A stretch of 64,000 bases of DNA from Phoronis australis (lineage: Eukaryota > Animalia > Phoronida). This document shows, one piece after another, positions 59,401-64,000 of this stretch; position 1 is the stretch's first letter; every line of letters starts with the position of its first letter. Where the stretch lies: contig NMRA01000194.1 in NCBI GenBank assembly GCA_002633005.1, positions 623,074-687,073 on the forward strand, written 5' to 3'. The position numbers were made by a program, and so were the translations under genes. Under the pieces are notes generated by a model that saw only the letters and a program-made list of their open reading frames with translations, did not search any database and was not told where the DNA came from.

Positions 59401-61971
59401 GTGTCCTCGATACCTTGACTTTGGGGACGAATATTGTCAATTTGCCCTCATTCCCTTCTGAAAATATTTAAAAACCGCTCGAAATTCCCTTCATAAAGCC
59501 CCAAACATTACTCTGCATTGATTAGAAAATCCCCCCCTTTCGGCGATTAAAAAGTCCCCCCTTGGTTAGATCCACTTAAACTCATGTAGATCCTCAGCTT
59601 TAGAAGGTTTTATTACCTGCGCAAATCCTCACTTCAGTCATATCTTTATCTCTGTTTACAACCCTGATGTGAAAAAGAATTTGAGATACTTTCACTAGTG
59701 CAGAGGGTGGTCACATAGTATTGAACTAAGAAAAGCAGTCATGGTAATCCCGGGTTCACTGTCATATACTACTTGACTAGATAAACCACAAGGCCTAAGG
59801 CTATGCTTCGAAATGAGCACACAACGTCAGTTTTTGTTCCTTGAAGCAGGCTGTGCAGAACAGATGAGTTTTGGCCTCACTCCCATTAACCCCTCAGAAG
59901 GCACATGCTTCCTCTCCTTCAGGTGAGCGAGGCCCCTGGTGTTAAGTGTTCGTTGATTGAATTAATTTATCTTCTTTTTTCAGGGTTTGATGTCTGTGTG
60001 ACTCATCCTCACTCTCATATTGTCAAAATATGTGACCTGGTTCGAGGTAAGCGCTGTTCGAAGCTTGTTGCAGTTTTAAAAAAGAATTTTTCATTTGTTT
60101 TTGAAACTGCGCTGATTCAAGTTAGCTCTAACTTTTTATCGATTCATTTCAGTGCGGTTTCTGTTTTGCTTAACCTAGACGAAGGTGCTTGTTCCATGTT
60201 TGAATATACCGTTATCTGTAGTTCATTCAGGAGTGCTCAAATGTCCATGGTCCCCACTCATAATGAAAAACCTTTAATACGAGACGTACTTTCCACACAC
60301 GGAAAACCCGTGGAAAATGACATGATGAAAACTTGTGGAAAAATTCATAAGATAAATAAAAAATCTTGCATCAAACTAATTTGTTGACTGCTTGGTGACG
60401 GTGATTATTGAAATTACCATCACTCCACTTTTTATTGAAAAATGTGTTGTGGAAAGTGAAAGTAATATCTTGGAAAATGCGTAGTCTAAGAGCGCGAGTG
60501 GGGGCCATATTTCAGGGCTTGGAATTTTGGTTTTGATTTCTTCTTATTTGATTTCCAGTTTCCCCTTTTTCGTCTCTTTTTATCATTATTTTGATGTTAT
60601 TCACGCAAAAACTTTTATTTCAATTAAACTTTACGACAAAAATGTTTCTATCACACAAGCCTGTTTTTTGTGGAATGGTGCATCACCTGGAAAATTTTCC
60701 TCTTTTTTGTCATTCCAAGCCCTGATATTTAAAGTGTACGTGTCGAGGTCATCAAATCATGAGTAGAAGTACAATGATGTCACAAGTTTTGTTTCTGAGC
60801 ACTAATTTCTTGTTTTCTTTTTAAAAGAGTGATGAAGTGATATTGCATGAGAGAACATTACATGATAAGTAAATGCATCTTGTTAACACTGATGTTTTCC
60901 GAAATGTCAAAAACGATGTGACTTGGGCCTTAAGGGAATGTGTTAGCACGTGAACTAATATGGCGGTGTTTTTCTTTCCATCTACCTTCGTCTGCTGTCC
61001 GCTGCGGGTTGTCATGCCAACCGGTTGTAAACAGCCAGCAAGGACCTGACCCAGACGTCCTACATACTGGCAACAAACAGGTGGTTTGACGCTTGAATTT
61101 GATCGGATGTCGCCATGGCGACGCATCGAAACACCCATGCCTGTCATGCCCTCAATTAAGTTTCATTTCCACTCAAATCTGCCGAGACTTTTTATTGCCT
61201 ATTTTTTCCAGTAGTGCTGAACACAATGGGTGATTGGATGTACCTGTATGAAAAACTGGTGTACAGTTTTTGCTAATGGCTTTCTGTGACTAGTTGTTTT
61301 TCCTGTGTTTTTTTTTGCAAAATGTCACTGATGAAACATTAAATTGTGCGTACATCATCAGCGGCTGTGACGGTTTCCCTATATTTTTTTGTTCAGACCT
61401 TCATTAATGCTAAACTGACAAAACTGTGACTAATGTCAGAGTAATTGCCTGCGCAGGTTCACCTGGTGTAAGATTATGGAAATCTGTTTGGGCTAGGCAG
61501 CAATCCAGAAGCAAGTTTGTATTTATGGGTTTGCATCACAAAATGTTCCACGTGTGACATCAGTGACGTTTTGCACAACCTGCCTACAGTTAGTACGTTG
61601 CCGATGGCTCCATATGTTTTGTGACATTGCTGTAGCTATAGCCTAAGTGTAACTTGGACTTTTGATGCTTGGTTCAGGAAGTTGTTGAATTCCGCAAGCC
61701 CTGTTGTGCACAACTTTCACATTTTTGTACAGTTTTGTAACCCAGTTTTTTATTACAGCGTAGCTGAAGAGGCTGATTACATCAAACCCAAGTTTTTTCC
61801 CAAGTGTGTGATCATGAATTGTCTGACCACACATGTGTTGCCTGTTACAGTGGACTCATTACCGCTCTTTGCTGTTTCAGTCTCCATTTGACCATGATGA
61901 GTGTCAAATACCGGCCGACGGTAGTGGCCTGTGTCTGCATTCACCTTGCCTGCAAGTGGGCTAGTGTAGAG
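56468..61971 (+). CDS. CCNT: Cyclin T (P-TEFb regulatory subunit), 5' part; gene continues beyond the window
   Basis: Exons 56468-56613 (W.F...[34 protein letters not shown]), 57812-58022 ([27 protein letters not shown]), 58788-58848 ([12 protein letters not shown]), 59984-60046 (FDV..THPH.H), 61035-61080 (ASKDL.QTSY..ATNS), 61881-61971 (LHLT....[16 protein letters not shown]). These are hallmark cyclin T motifs. Confidence 0.95.
56614..57811 (+). other. U12-type (minor spliceosome) GT-AG intron in cyclin T
   Basis: 5' splice site GTATCCTTT at 56614; branch-site TTTCCTCAAC at 57789-57798 about 13 nt before AG, no polypyrimidine tract; splicing restores the frame [15 protein letters not shown]. 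Confidence 0.9.
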
Positions 61972-62888
61972 GTAAGATCTCCCCTTCCTAATTGATTTTG
62001 TAGAAGTGTCTTTATTCAGTCTAGCCAAATCAGGAGATTTTGTCTCTAGGGATACTTTCAGGATTCCAAAAAATAAGCATTCAAGTTAGGTTTCCCAATG
62101 TGTCACGACATCCGTGACAAATGACAAGTGATTATGTTTTTAGTGACATCAAGTCAAATTGTGGTTATAGTGCAGTATCATTTTACTTAGGCGTAAAATG
62201 ATGACCAAGGCGTCCTAACTAGGGTGTCTAAATTTGAGTTAGGGTGTCAATTTGGACGACTTGGACACCCTCTCGATGAAGGCCTGGTCCTAGTAATGGT
62301 CTTGTCACTCCAAACTCGATTCTCAGAATGTCCGAGCCAGTCTTAACATCTGAATAAACCACACTTGGAGCAGATGGAAACTAGCAACTTTGGCCAAAAA
62401 GATGTCTCAAATGAGGCACTGTCCACGGGACTCTTGTTCGGATAGTATAATTCTTAGTCAGAATTCAGTCGTTTCTTCCCCATTTGCAAAAGAGCTAACT
62501 TGGTGTGACTGGCCCCTGGAGATTGATGTTTGATTCTCTCTCAAACAACAGGGATATCAATCATCAACTCCGTTTTGTGCACCCACTGGTGTATATGTGT
62601 ATACGTGGGTGCATATTGCCATCATTTGTGTCCAGGTGTCCAGCGTCCAGTGCTGTATCTCCTAAATTGCTTCCAGAATCTTAATGAAGTTTTACAGGTG
62701 TGTTTCTATGGAGCTGGTGAAAAATGATGGCAATTTTGGGACGGGTCGGACTATTGGTGTGCCCCTAGTAGCAATTTTAGTTTTTTACATTGGTCTCCAT
62801 ATCTGCCCTGGCCTTGTTGGATTTTCACGTAATTATACATGTTACTATTGAGATGACGACAACGCCGTCTCGATTTCGAATGGTTTTA

Positions 62889-63709
62889 AGGGCTGTTCCA
62901 GTAAAATCCGTGTGGGAGGGGGGGGGACGGCAGTAGAAATAAAAATTCATGGGTGGTTGTCTTCAGAAAAAAACACAAATTATAGGTGGTCGTTCCTGTA
63001 AGAAGTGATCCATTAAAAATGGGTGGTATTTTTTGACCTGTTAATGTTGACAGGTTGGTTACTTCAGCCCTCAAAACTCAAAAAGAAATGCATATATCCT
63101 AACTTAACCCAATACAAAAAAGCCCATATTGCCAGTGAACAGAGTGCAATATGTTCACTAAGCCATTAATCAAGTCATGGGCAACTTGATTTGAGCCAAC
63201 TGTTTGTCTGCAGTCCTATTTAATTGAAAAGTTATGCAACACTAAACTGGTGTTAACACATGTAAGAAAATTGATGATTTTTAAATAAAAAGTATGAGGA
63301 GTAAGATGAAAAAAATAAACAAGTTCCAATATTCACTTGACATAGAAGTATAAAAGAGTTCGTGGAGACAGTTCATAGATCCATATAAATGAAAAAATGT
63401 TCATTGAAATTATAGACACATGGTGAACAGAGACACCTGGTGGCTGCCAAAAGTATTGCTCACTGCCTACTTTAGTTTTTGACAATATTGGACAAGACAA
63501 CTAGTTCTTGTCTGTCAATCATCTAAGTTCTTAACAGGTCCTCCTGGAGGCAATTTGTTTGCAAGTGTTGGATTTTATATTTTAACCCATTAAAAATAAT
63601 TAAAAAATTATGGGTCATGGGTTGGAGAAATAAATGAAAAATATGGGCGGTGGGTAAGAAATAAAAGTGCCTTCCCCCCCTCCCATACAGATTTTGCTGG
63701 AACAGCCCT
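62889..63709. mobile_element. MITE with TTA TSD (PIF/Harbinger- or Zator-like) in a cyclin T intron
   Basis: TIR agggctgttccagtaaaatccgtgtgggagggggg / cccccctcccatacagattttgctggaacagccct; TTA on both sides. Confidence 0.8.
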
Positions 63710-64000
63710 TTAAGGGAGTCTGCACTCCCTAGTGGCTATTTTTATTATCATTATGAAAATTAGCAGACGCGTTCCTGATTAAAAGATCCCAGCAGGTCCA
63801 ACTGCTGTGGTGCCCCCTATCGGTGATTGTGTTGTTTGTGTCTACGTTTGTGTTTCCTTAATACTTTGAATGATTTTTGTGTAATTTGGCCGATGTATTC
63901 CTATAAAGGTGATGATGGATGATGAGGTGTTATAGACCGATCTGACTACCCCTCGTGATAATTTTACTTTTTATGTTTGCTGCTGTGTCTTTGGAATTCC

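Noticed and set aside
60829-60894. Possible C/D snoRNA (GTGATGA...CTGA) in a cyclin T intron
   Set aside because: No terminal stem and no recognisable rRNA antisense guide; such boxes arise by chance.
63340-63395. SWRQFIDP as the next cyclin T exon (cf. W..YVD)
   Set aside because: In-frame stop right after it, no suitable splice sites, and it lies within a MITE.

Overview
Eukaryotic, intron-rich invertebrate-type genomic DNA (probably a protostome/lophotrochozoan; this is inferred, not proven) with one N-gap (54435-54843) and two single-N joins. Five protein-coding genes can be spliced by hand with consistent intron phases: a Trk-like receptor tyrosine kinase with a very short Cys-module ectodomain (+, 5665-13505; signal-peptide exon not found), two tandem two-exon dispanin/CD225 paralogues (-), KANSL2 (-, 43682-51585) and a divergent cyclin T (+, from 56468, continuing past the window). 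KANSL2 and cyclin T each carry a U12-type (minor spliceosome) GT-AG intron and are neighbours, as their orthologues are in human. The rest is a mix of transposons: a decayed Academ (3-bp TSD), a THAP-bearing Kolobok whose two ends both carry the ORF start, CAG(G/T)G-ended MITEs with 5-bp TSDs (one family carrying a tRNA-like Pol III head), Harbinger-like MITEs, Helitron and L2/CR1 LINE relics, plus minisatellites. All family assignments come from motif recognition by eye; no database search was run.
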